IMG/VR virus record: IMGVR_UViG_3300023174_002543
Span: 248,001 to 312,000 of that record
DNA length: 64,000 nt
Reading direction: 5' to 3' (one strand)
Positions within the stretch are counted from its first letter, which is position 1. Each line of letters opens with the position of its first letter. A model generated the notes under the pieces. It saw nothing but the letters and a program-made list of their open reading frames with translations. It was not told the DNA's origin and did no database searches. A program made the position numbers and the translations under genes. Shown here piece after piece: positions 55,610 to 64,000 of the stretch.

Positions 55610-56230
55610 GTGTTCTATTTGACTGTGTAGATTGTCGATAGAGCCATTATTATCAATATAATAGTCATAATTTAACCCCACGCTACTATATTCACTAGCA
55701 TGAATTTTAAGTTTATCTAATTTAGATTTGCTCACTGCCCATAATGCATTACCGTCTGGACCTTTATTATAGTTAACTGCGGAATCATACCATTCTGGTC
55801 TTTCACCGCGCTCAACTCGCATAGTTATACCACCTGCATTTTTGATAGCATTAACTTCATTGGCAAAACGACAATCAGTAATTACGATATTATCTTTTGC
55901 TTTGCGTAGTTGATTTTCAACGCTTGCTACCCAAATATCATTATGAAACCCGTTACGACAAACTTCTGTTCCCCATTGTTGTAATACCCAGCGCGGGGTA
56001 AGTTCAGGCATATTTAAACGCTCACTCCACCATATATCTAGTTGTTCACGCCATTCTCTACTAGACTTTGTAGTACCTTCAAGCAATTCACGATCCCAAC
56101 CAAAGACTGCGGCACATGCATCCTTCAATGTACCTGCAAAACTAATACGTTTATATCCGTGAAATGTTGTAAGATAATCTGCAATAGTGTCCTTACCACT
56201 ACCAATAAACCCTGTAATACCTATAATCAT
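55595..56230 (-). CDS. deoxynucleoside monophosphate kinase (gp1-like)
   Basis: MIIGITGFIGSGKDT, SFAGTLKD, TPRWVLQQWGTE, ITDCRFANE, HASE; start 56230 with SD AGGAG. Confidence 0.92.
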   Translation of the reverse strand: MIIGITGFIGSGKDTIADYLTTFHGYKRISFAGTLKDACAAVFGWDRELLEGTTKSSREWREQLDIWWSERLNMPELTPRWVLQQWGTEVCRNGFHNDIWVASVENQLRKAKDNIVITDCRFANEVNAIKNAGGITMRVERGERPEWYDSAVNYNKGPDGNALWAVSKSKLDKLKIHASEYSSVGLNYDYYIDNNGSIDNLHSQIEHLINC

Positions 56231-56290
56231 AAAACAAAACTCCTGTAATATAATTATACTACAATAGTGTGACAAAAGTAAATGATTAGG

Positions 56291-57130
56291 TTATATTAAT
56301 TTAGAAAGATTTGGGTCGGATAAAATAAATTGTTTTGCTTTTTTAATATCCGTTTCACTTACACCTTCCATAGTGTAAACATAACGGGCATCTTCTTCTG
56401 ATATTGGTACTAGTTTGATACTTTCAATCTTATTGTTAAAGTATAAATTTTTAGGCTTTCCACGATGAAGACCATCAACGTCTATCCATTCTATTTGGTC
56501 AAATGATTTTACACAACAAATATGAGAAATTTCTGTACTGTCTTCTTCTTCAAAATCATCATAATAGTATCCAGTCCATGCACCTAGGGGTAATTTTGTT
56601 AGTTGATGTAGTGCCATAGCAAATGCATCACACATTCCAGACCTATATATTGATTTAGAATCAGATTCATTAACTTGTTTTGGTCTAGTCAACGTGAATC
56701 TTAATCCATACTCTGGGCTATAATCTTCCTCTGCATCCCAATTTGGTAATAGTCTTTGAACCATTTTTCTATATAGTGCGATACGACTATTCTCTTTTGC
56801 GTCAAATGCAATTTGTTGTACACTATCACCATAGTATTGTAAAAATTCACGCATAATGTCTACTGCGATTGACATTACTTCTGCTGAGTTCCCTGTACCT
56901 GTTGTACCGAATAATTCTAATTTTTCAGGGTCACTTGCTTGTCGCACTAGACGAAATTGTACTTCCCATTTATGTGGTTTATCATCTCTAAAATGGCTAA
57001 ATGCTTGCCATACATAGTCTCTATTACCTACAGTAAATTTAGCAATAGCCTCAGTATCAGCCTTGTATTTCCAAGTCCAGTTTTGTTTACCATGTTGGAA
57101 TAATTCAGCAATGAATTCAGTTGCTCTCAT
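56291..57130 (-). CDS. two-module putative internal head protein (second module papain/transglutaminase-like Cys-His-Asp)
   Basis: Start MRATEFIAE at 57130 (TAATG overlap); junction KQVNES; GMCDAFAMAL...HICC...DVDG. Confidence 0.6.
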   Translation of the reverse strand: MRATEFIAELFQHGKQNWTWKYKADTEAIAKFTVGNRDYVWQAFSHFRDDKPHKWEVQFRLVRQASDPEKLELFGTTGTGNSAEVMSIAVDIMREFLQYYGDSVQQIAFDAKENSRIALYRKMVQRLLPNWDAEEDYSPEYGLRFTLTRPKQVNESDSKSIYRSGMCDAFAMALHQLTKLPLGAWTGYYYDDFEEEDSTEISHICCVKSFDQIEWIDVDGLHRGKPKNLYFNNKIESIKLVPISEEDARYVYTMEGVSETDIKKAKQFILSDPNLSKLI

Positions 57131-57891
57131 TAACCTTGAATCCAAGTCAATGGTTGGCTATAGTCTACGTAATTCTTTAAGTCTAATAATAACTGGTCTT
57201 GCATTGCTTTGGCTTCTGACTTAAGTGCAGTTCCATTTAATGTAGATCCACCACCTGGTCCTGCAATAGTACCAAATTTTTCACGTGCTTCGCCTATAGT
57301 TAGTTTAAGTTGGCTAAGTGTCCAATCTCCAATCCAAACGCCTGCACCCGGGTCTTGTAATAATTCTGACTCAGGTCTTTGAGTATCGGCCCAAACTAAT
57401 ATTTGTTCACCGGAACCTTTGATGTTTCGTACTAAACGAATTTGTTTTGTTACAGGATTGAATGTGTAAACAATATATCCACCAAACATACGTGCGGCTA
57501 GTTCGATATACCCTGCATAAAAATCATAGGTTGCTAAACCGCCGGCGGCATTATAATTAAGCAAATATGTATTGAGAATAGCACTTGAAAATGGATCAAA
57601 ACTACTAGCAGCTGGTCCTGTTTCTAGACCAATTGTTCTACGAAATACTTGTCTAACATTTATAAATTCAGGAGGCAAGGTATAAGTATCTACCCCTGAT
57701 TGCAACGTCATTAATGTGTATGATTCAACAGTAGCATTTTGAGCACGTTGGCGATATATTTTAACTGAATATCCATACGCAGCCTCAAAGTGCTCAGGAC
57801 CAATTTCTAAATCAATAATACCGTCACCTAAACGATATCGTAAACTTTGATATAATTCTTGTTTAAGTTCTTCTAAACTTTTTGTAGCCAT
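57130..57891 (-). CDS. gp13: neck protein (gp13-like)
   Basis: YRLGDGIIDLEI...LTIGEAREKFGTIAGPGGGSTLNGTALKSEA. Confidence 0.85.
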   Translation of the reverse strand: MATKSLEELKQELYQSLRYRLGDGIIDLEIGPEHFEAAYGYSVKIYRQRAQNATVESYTLMTLQSGVDTYTLPPEFINVRQVFRRTIGLETGPAASSFDPFSSAILNTYLLNYNAAGGLATYDFYAGYIELAARMFGGYIVYTFNPVTKQIRLVRNIKGSGEQILVWADTQRPESELLQDPGAGVWIGDWTLSQLKLTIGEAREKFGTIAGPGGGSTLNGTALKSEAKAMQDQLLLDLKNYVDYSQPLTWIQG

Positions 57892-57895
57892 GTAA

Positions 57896-57924
57896 ATCTC
57901 CAGATAATGTATTTATCTGGAGAT
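57896..57924 (-). promoter_or_regulatory. late promoter inside a perfect 12-bp RBS-masking hairpin
   Basis: Minus strand ATCTCCAGATAA-ATACA-TTATCTGGAGAT-TTAC-ATG; GATAAATA spans the 5' arm and loop, GGAG is in the 3' arm. Confidence 0.8.
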
Positions 57925-57933
57925 CCGGGTACA

Positions 57934-58380
57934 TTACAAATCGCCGTCTTTACGATTCTCAGAGTGATATGCATCAAATGAACCACCGGGATAGCGTGAT
58001 TCTAGTTTCTTTACATTCTCTGCAATAACTTCATTGGGGTCTAGATTAAGTGCCCTACAAGCATTAATCCAGTACCACATAACATCACCCAACTCTCGTT
58101 TCATGTGAAACACATTTTCATCAGTTAGTGCTTTACCTTGAAAGAAAATCTTTTTAGGAATCTCAATAAATTCCCCTGACTCAGCAGCAAGTCCTAAACA
58201 TGCGGTTAACAATAAAGGAACATTAACGTTAGGTCCATGTTTCATTTGATTATCATTTAAATCTAGTTCATAGTTTGCATCTATGCGATCCAATGTATCT
58301 ATGAATGTAGTTAAATCATTGCTTGCTTGACTTGTCACCGCCTCTACAAAATCCGCGTACTTGTTCAAATCAATATTCAT
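57934..58380 (-). CDS. mazG: MazG-like nucleotide pyrophosphohydrolase
   Basis: LGLAAESGEF.EI.KK...KRELGDVMWY...NVKKLESRYP. Confidence 0.9.
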   Translation of the reverse strand: MNIDLNKYADFVEAVTSQASNDLTTFIDTLDRIDANYELDLNDNQMKHGPNVNVPLLLTACLGLAAESGEFIEIPKKIFFQGKALTDENVFHMKRELGDVMWYWINACRALNLDPNEVIAENVKKLESRYPGGSFDAYHSENRKDGDL

Positions 58381-58556
58381 GGCATATTCCAGGCATCAAA
58401 TACAATAACAGTACCTACAAAAATTTGCACAAGACCAGTACTAGGTTGACCATAACCAAGTAAAGACATTATACCACTTAGTATACTAAGTGTACCCAAT
58501 GAATATCCAATTTTTTTACGGTTTTCAGTAAACCAAAATACAAATTTATCAATCAT
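58377..58556 (-). CDS. 59-aa two-TM membrane protein (MIDKFVFWFTENRKKIGYSLG...FDAWNMP)
   Basis: Below the track cutoff; ATGA overlaps at both ends; SD AAGGAG. Confidence 0.7.
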   Translation of the reverse strand: MIDKFVFWFTENRKKIGYSLGTLSILSGIMSLLGYGQPSTGLVQIFVGTVIVFDAWNMP

Positions 58557-58735
58557 TTCAATAACTCCTTAAACATTTGTTTTCTGCCTTGCACACCAAT
58601 TTGATTATCAAATATTTCTTTAACACGTTGCATCATAGCACATGCCAACATTAGCATTTCCTCGTCATTATCAGTTAATTGTATACACTTATTAACTGGT
58701 TCCATCATTTCTATCATTCGTTTTTCTATATCCAT
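58553..58735 (-). CDS. hypothetical protein
   Basis: 60-aa coupled ORF. Confidence 0.6.
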   Translation of the reverse strand: MDIEKRMIEMMEPVNKCIQLTDNDEEMLMLACAMMQRVKEIFDNQIGVQGRKQMFKELLK

Positions 58736-59892
58736 TAGAACGCCTTTAAAATAATCATATTTTCATTAAAGCGTCCTGTTGGTACAGTACCTACTGCTTT
58801 AATATCTTTAAAATATTTACGTGCCGCGGGCTTACTTCCCATAATTTCTTTAATTTGTTCGCCGGGTTTACGTAGTGTTTTAATTTCACTGGTAGTATTA
58901 TCAAATCCAAGAATCGTATTACCTTTTACAGTAAACGCTTTTGAATAATCATCTGCAATATAGTGATGCAATTTACGCCTTGCAGTGTCATAGACCCATG
59001 CCTCGCTTGCACCATGCAACTTAGTTGGATGTACACTAATCAAGTCAAGTTTATTAGCAGGTTCTTTAAACTCTTTCAAGTACTTAAGTTTGCTAACAAT
59101 CTTTTCTACAGGCACTGCCTTCTTTTTGCGAGGTGCTTTACTTGCTTTCTTAATGCTAATATAACTATTGAGGTCACTTAGTACCTGTTCAATGAATTTA
59201 AGTGTATTACGTAATTGGACCTTACCTAAATTGCCATAAGCCTCTTTAAGTTCTTTGTCATCAGTTTCGGATACTTCCTCAAATTCTAATTGTTTCTTCT
59301 TCCATATCTCAACAATCAATGGAATATGTTGTGGCATGACATTAAATTTTGCAACTAAATCAACTGTCTTTTGCGTTACTTTACCTTCAGTAATAAATTC
59401 ATCAAAAATGCCTTCAAGTTCACCTGCCGCATCACGTGCTTTTTCACGCATCAATTCCTGAATGTTAGGGCGATTACTAGGTGCTACTTCTTTTTCAATG
59501 ACTTCTGGTTTGTTCACTACTTTAACTAGTCGGCTAATTTCATTTTGTAATGTAAGTTCTTCATGCTCGGTTAATTCTAATCCACGCAATGTCATGCGGG
59601 CAAGCCAACACAATGTCATTAAAAATTCTTTTTCATCAACCTTGCGAATAATCTTGGCATCAGACTCACGATTATTGTGGTCTAAATATTGTGCTAGTAG
59701 TTCTTTGGCGTCTTTTTTTCCATAGAAACGATTGTACCATGTAAAACCATATGTAAGTGCGACTGTACGACTTCCGCCCTCAGGTTGAACTGGAAAAAAG
59801 GGCTCGTCACCCATATACTTTGTATCAGCATCACGCGGATTCAATGCTTTGATAAAGTGGTCTGATGTTGCTTTGGGTTTACGTGTTGCCAT
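58735..59892 (-). CDS. hypothetical early protein
   Basis: Likely start ATG 59892 (SD AGGAG); C-terminal KTLRKP...GRFNENMIILKAF. Confidence 0.7.
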   Translation of the reverse strand: MATRKPKATSDHFIKALNPRDADTKYMGDEPFFPVQPEGGSRTVALTYGFTWYNRFYGKKDAKELLAQYLDHNNRESDAKIIRKVDEKEFLMTLCWLARMTLRGLELTEHEELTLQNEISRLVKVVNKPEVIEKEVAPSNRPNIQELMREKARDAAGELEGIFDEFITEGKVTQKTVDLVAKFNVMPQHIPLIVEIWKKKQLEFEEVSETDDKELKEAYGNLGKVQLRNTLKFIEQVLSDLNSYISIKKASKAPRKKKAVPVEKIVSKLKYLKEFKEPANKLDLISVHPTKLHGASEAWVYDTARRKLHHYIADDYSKAFTVKGNTILGFDNTTSEIKTLRKPGEQIKEIMGSKPAARKYFKDIKAVGTVPTGRFNENMIILKAF

Positions 59893-59917
59893 AAATACTC
59901 CTGTTACGATAAGACAT

Positions 59918-59946
59918 ATTATACGATATATCCTATTTATTGTCAA
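59918..59946 (-). promoter_or_regulatory. consensus sigma70 promoter TTGACA-N17-TATAAT
   Basis: -35 at 59946-59941, -10 at 59923-59918; divergent late promoter GATAAATA on the + strand at 59984-59991. Confidence 0.88.
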
Positions 59947-60012
59947 GCCTAAAAAGGTAATACTTACTTACTACAAATGGGCTGATAAATACTAGATATA
60001 TCGGATACAAAC

Positions 60013-61929
60013 ATGCCTAGACTCTCCTTATACCGTAGTGAAAAATCAAATGATTATAGATTTTTTGACAGAACCATAGCAGAAATGCTAGATGTTGGTG
60101 CGACTGATTTGTACATTCACAAGTACAAGGGTATCCAAGACAATGGTCCTACTGATAGCTTGAGTACTCCTAGACAAACTAGTACCGATCCAACAAAGAT
60201 ACAAGACTTATTATTCTTAGAGAATCGTGACCGTGTATATGACAAAGACATTTATAGATTGCGAGGGCACTATAATGTTCAAAACTTGGATTTTGATTTA
60301 AGTCAGTTTGGATTATTCCTCAATAATGATACAATTTTTATCACAGTACATTATAATAAGATGATAGAAATTGTTGGACGTAAATTAATGGTTGGTGACG
60401 TTATTGAATTACCTCATCTAACAGATTATCATCCATTAAATGAAACAATACCCACTAGTTTACGCAGATATTATCAAATTACAGATGGTAACTTTGCCAG
60501 CGAAGGATTTAGTAATACTTGGTATGCACATTTATGGCGTATTAAATGTGAGCCATTAGTAGATACTCAGGAGTTTAGTAATATTCTTAAGCAACCAACA
60601 AGTACAGATAATTATCTAGGTGACTGGAATAAGACAGCCACATATGTCCCGGGATATGTAGTTAGTTATGGTAATAAAAATTATATCTCCCAACAAAATG
60701 TACCAGTAGGTACACCTTGTACAAAAATAGATCCATATACAGGGACATACGTAGTTAATTCACCGTTCTGGGCACTAGATACCGCAGACAATTTAAAAGA
60801 TATATTAGGTAGATATAATCAAAACATTGAAGTAAATGACGCACTGGTCGCAGAAGCTACTAGAATTCTTCCTAGTTCAGGGTACGATAGGCGTCAATTA
60901 TATCTTGTACCGACTGATCCTAGTACAAGACAGCCGCAATTACCTAAGGGTATATTAACTAGCAAGGGTGCTCCATTAACCGCAACAGTTCAAATGGTTC
61001 AAGGATCAAGATATAGTCCTAGCCCTGGTATCATTATTGGTGCTGGTGCATTGAAAAACTTTTTAGACCAACCAATCGGCAGTAGTGATTTATTAAAAGC
61101 CTTTATGAAGATGACATTAGAGGTTGAACAAGTTGAGCCTGATAGATTAGACACTGGTGGTGGCCAAGTGTCAGGTGATTTTGTTATTGCCGCAAGTGCA
61201 ACTGCATTAATTGATAGACCATACGGCACAAGTGATAATACATATTCAGTTTCTAGTGATTATCCAAGTAGCATTGTAACCACGGTTGTTGCTCCTGCAG
61301 GTGCTACAGTTATTAATGTATTAGAATCTCCCAAAGATGCACATCCAGGTATTGATTTAACTGCAACCATTACTACATTGAATGGTCAAACCGCTGAAGT
61401 ATTTGATACCGGTACAGTAATTGTAAGTAGAGATTTAGTTAATAAAACGTTTACAATAAATAAACCAACATTGTTTGCAATGCCAGTTAACACAACAATT
61501 ACTATTGCGGGTCGTAGTTTTACCGGTACAATAACAGAAGAAATGGATTATCGTGCTGACGCTGATCCAAGATTCAACTATGTTGTAAATTATACTCCAA
61601 CAGGATTTGGTTATTCTGGTGGATACATGACAGGTGACGGGACTGCACCCAATGGATTACCTTTTGAATCAGGAATAACATTTCCTAATAATCCTGCATT
61701 AGGTGATTACTTCTTAAGAACAGATTATCTTCCACAGACTATGTATCGTTATGATGGTAGTTTATGGGTACAAATAAGTAAAAATGTACGTGCTAGTGTT
61801 GGACCAAATAGTAATCAAACACAAATGGGTTCATTTATTAATAATACTGCAACTACAACGTTGACTGATGGTACTGTAATTCCACAAAGTCAAGCACTAT
61901 CATCACTATTCAAAATAACACCAGATTAA
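60013..61929 (+). CDS. gp14: neck/head-closure protein (gp14-like) with inserted domains
   Basis: IQDLLFLENRDR.Y...DLSQFGLFL..DTIFIT.H...GDVIELPH; C-terminal GDYFLRTDYLP. Confidence 0.75.
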   Translation: MPRLSLYRSEKSNDYRFFDRTIAEMLDVGATDLYIHKYKGIQDNGPTDSLSTPRQTSTDPTKIQDLLFLENRDRVYDKDIYRLRGHYNVQNLDFDLSQFGLFLNNDTIFITVHYNKMIEIVGRKLMVGDVIELPHLTDYHPLNETIPTSLRRYYQITDGNFASEGFSNTWYAHLWRIKCEPLVDTQEFSNILKQPTSTDNYLGDWNKTATYVPGYVVSYGNKNYISQQNVPVGTPCTKIDPYTGTYVVNSPFWALDTADNLKDILGRYNQNIEVNDALVAEATRILPSSGYDRRQLYLVPTDPSTRQPQLPKGILTSKGAPLTATVQMVQGSRYSPSPGIIIGAGALKNFLDQPIGSSDLLKAFMKMTLEVEQVEPDRLDTGGGQVSGDFVIAASATALIDRPYGTSDNTYSVSSDYPSSIVTTVVAPAGATVINVLESPKDAHPGIDLTATITTLNGQTAEVFDTGTVIVSRDLVNKTFTINKPTLFAMPVNTTITIAGRSFTGTITEEMDYRADADPRFNYVVNYTPTGFGYSGGYMTGDGTAPNGLPFESGITFPNNPALGDYFLRTDYLPQTMYRYDGSLWVQISKNVRASVGPNSNQTQMGSFINNTATTTLTDGTVIPQSQALSSLFKITPD

Positions 61930-61937
61930 GGTAAACA

Positions 61938-63317
61938 ATGGCACAATATTTTTATGACCAACAGATACGTAGATTTTTGATTCAATTTGCAAGAATCTTT
62001 AGTGACTGGAATGTAACTAAAGGAAACGATCCTGCAGGAAATCCAATCATTGTGCGTGTACCTATTCAGTATGGTGATCAAAGTCGTCAAACCGCAGTGA
62101 TTCAAGCAAACAACAGTTCTAGTACTATGCCAAGCGCACCGATGATTACATATTATATCACCGGTTTAGAATACGACCAAAAGCGTACACAGGATCCATA
62201 TTTTATTGATAAAGTCAGTGTTCGACAGCGCACGTTTAATCAAACAACACAAAGTTATGAACAAACTCAGGGACAAGCATTTACTGTTGAACGTGTTATG
62301 CCTGTGCCATACACACTAAAAGTTACTGTAGATTTTTGGACTAGTAATTATAATCAAAAATTAGAACTCATAGAACAGTTAGGTGTGTTATTTAACCCTG
62401 CAATGGAAATACAAAGTACAGATAACTTTATTGATTGGACTAGTTTAAGTGTTATATACCAAGATGGATTGACTTTTAGTAGTAGGACTGTGGCACCAAC
62501 CACAGGTAATCCAATCGATATTATGACATGGAAGTTCTATATGCCTATATGGTTAAGTACACCTGCTAAAGTTAAGAAACTCGGTGTCATTCATAAAATC
62601 ATTGCAAGTATCTTTAAAGGTAATGCACTTACCGATATGCAAGATGACCATTTGTTATTGGGTACAAGACAAAAGATTACACCATACGGATATAAATTAT
62701 TATTGATAGGTAATACATTACAGATATTACCAGCTAATCAAACATTCTACCCAGACAATAGCGCAATTGATTTACCACCTAATCCTAATACTGCATTATA
62801 TTGGACTAGTGTATTGAATGTGTATGGCACGGTAAGACCGGGAATCAGCCAAATATGGTTACAGAATCCATATATGGATACTGATATTGTAGGTACTATT
62901 AATTATAATGCAGACGATGATAGATTATTAATATTCAATATTGATACTGATACATTGCCGTTGAACACCTTAAAATCAGTTGACAGTATTATCAATCCGC
63001 AACTCAAAGGTCCCGGGCATGGTTTGCCTAATGTTGCTTCGGGACAACGGTACCTGATTGTAGAACCTATAGGTAGTACCATTAACGCTAGTGTAGATTA
63101 TAGTGTATGGGGTAGTATAGTAGCAAATGCAAATGATATTATTGAGTATAATAGCACAGCTAGTAAGTGGGAAATTAGTTTTGACAGTAGTGCAGAAACT
63201 ATTGTCGAATACGTTACTAATCTTACTTCAGGTGTGCAATATAGATTTGCAAATAATACTTGGATGAAATCATTTGAAGGTTGGTATGAAGAAGGTGATT
63301 ACAACATAGTAATTTAA
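61938..63317 (+). CDS. gp15: tail sheath stabiliser/terminator (gp15-like)
   Basis: YFYDQQIRRFLIQFARIFS, RVPIQYGD, PVPYTL, QKLELIEQL..LFNP. Confidence 0.82.
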   Translation: MAQYFYDQQIRRFLIQFARIFSDWNVTKGNDPAGNPIIVRVPIQYGDQSRQTAVIQANNSSSTMPSAPMITYYITGLEYDQKRTQDPYFIDKVSVRQRTFNQTTQSYEQTQGQAFTVERVMPVPYTLKVTVDFWTSNYNQKLELIEQLGVLFNPAMEIQSTDNFIDWTSLSVIYQDGLTFSSRTVAPTTGNPIDIMTWKFYMPIWLSTPAKVKKLGVIHKIIASIFKGNALTDMQDDHLLLGTRQKITPYGYKLLLIGNTLQILPANQTFYPDNSAIDLPPNPNTALYWTSVLNVYGTVRPGISQIWLQNPYMDTDIVGTINYNADDDRLLIFNIDTDTLPLNTLKSVDSIINPQLKGPGHGLPNVASGQRYLIVEPIGSTINASVDYSVWGSIVANANDIIEYNSTASKWEISFDSSAETIVEYVTNLTSGVQYRFANNTWMKSFEGWYEEGDYNIVI

Positions 63318-63347
63318 TGGATATATTCATCTATGATAAATCATAGT

Positions 63348-63764
63348 ATGATGAATATTTCAGGTGGTGTTTTCTTTTACGCACAACACACTAAAAGATT
63401 TTTATACTTGTTACGCAATGATCCTAGGAACGTAGGTAACTGGGGAATTCCAGGTGGAAAAATAGAAGAAGATGAAACATTATTAGATGGTGTTACACGT
63501 GAGTGTATGGAAGAAATAGGTTACTTTCCTAATGACGCTAAACTTGTACCTATACAAAAGTTCATCAATAATAAATTTGTCTATCATACATTTTTCTGCA
63601 AGATAGAAGAAGAATTTATTCCTATACTTAATAATGAACACAGCGGTTATTGCTGGATAGATTATGAACAGTATCCAAAGCCAATGCATCCGGGATTATT
63701 TAATACAATCAACTTTGATGTTGTACAAGATAAATTAAAAGAGTTGGTTAAAAAAGGGTCCTAA
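63348..63764 (+). CDS. NUDIX hydrolase
   Basis: WGIPGGKIEEDETLLDGVTRECMEEIG Nudix box; LNNEHSGYCW; likely start 63348. Confidence 0.92.
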   Translation: MMNISGGVFFYAQHTKRFLYLLRNDPRNVGNWGIPGGKIEEDETLLDGVTRECMEEIGYFPNDAKLVPIQKFINNKFVYHTFFCKIEEEFIPILNNEHSGYCWIDYEQYPKPMHPGLFNTINFDVVQDKLKELVKKGS

Positions 63765-63775
63765 GACCCTTTTTT
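63750..63775. terminator. bidirectional intrinsic terminator
   Basis: AAAAAAGGGTC-CTAA-GACCCTTTTTT between convergent genes. Confidence 0.85.
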
Positions 63776-63791
63776 GTTGTGCTTAAATTAA

Positions 63792-64000
63792 TTAAGCGTT
63801 GTCAATCTTTACAGAAGTATTTAATACTGCAGCATCAAAAGACCACGGTACACTTGAATTAGTAGCAAATTGTGTACCTGTGCCACGTGTTAGTGTACAA
63901 CGACGGGCTCCAATTTTAGTAACAAAATATGTACCGCCTGCGCTATCTGTAGCACCAATAGTCATTTTACCGGTATCTGTTGCTGCAGATGAAGACAATG
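63792..64000 (-). CDS. C-terminal end of a probable structural protein (starts beyond the window)
   Basis: ...MTIGATDSAGGTYFVTKIGARR...VPWSF...; open to the right edge. Confidence 0.55.
   Translation of the reverse strand, partial: LSSSAATDTGKMTIGATDSAGGTYFVTKIGARRCTLTRGTGTQFATNSSVPWSFDAAVLNTSVKIDNA

Noticed and set aside
1379-63689. Numerous short opposite-strand ORFs in the track (e.g. 1783-2109, 11815-12216, 21453-21965, 45601-46047)
   Set aside because: They are antisense shadows of long genes, with no RBS or recognisable motifs.
1-64000. Stop-codon reassignment
   Set aside because: Core genes (polymerase, sheath, ClpA) are full length in the standard code and coding density is high.

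Overview
This is a 64 kb, AT-rich (roughly 35% GC by eye) segment of a large T4-like myovirus/jumbo phage genome using the standard genetic code. No tRNA, rRNA, CRISPR array or integrase is visible. Core genes: DpdA/TGT-like transglycosylase (partial, left edge), sliding clamp, B-family DNA polymerase, clamp loader, PhoH, dNMP kinase, MazG, NUDIX, ClpA, DnaJ, GroES-like, YccA/BI-1, Dps, GH19 lysin, holin-like protein, two tail fibres, baseplate, tail tube and sheath, neck (gp13/gp14), gp15 and gp4. The most striking structure is a set of about 11 genes (mostly 5.5-22.4 kb, also 43.8-48.1 kb and 56.3-57.1 kb). Their products start with a T4 capsid-targeting-like leader (e.g. MRATEFIAE, MRANEFLIE) and several are strings of unrelated small domains separated by [LIVM]-x-E motifs, the T4 prohead-protease site. 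I infer these are capsid-packaged polyproteins cut into effector modules (nucleotidyltransferase, GNATs, GP88, zincin, Zn finger, papain-like, LysM). In one gene the module junctions are an identical GC-rich 13-bp DNA repeat (AGGTGTGGCGGAA, 'GVAE'), which suggests in-frame cassette accretion, and a GC-rich structured element lies just upstream of that gene. Regulation is T4-like: near-consensus sigma70 promoters and NNTAAATA late promoters. Many late promoters sit 4-7 nt before an ATG (predicted leaderless mRNAs) and some are embedded in hairpins that mask the RBS. All family calls come from motif recognition by eye; no database search was run.
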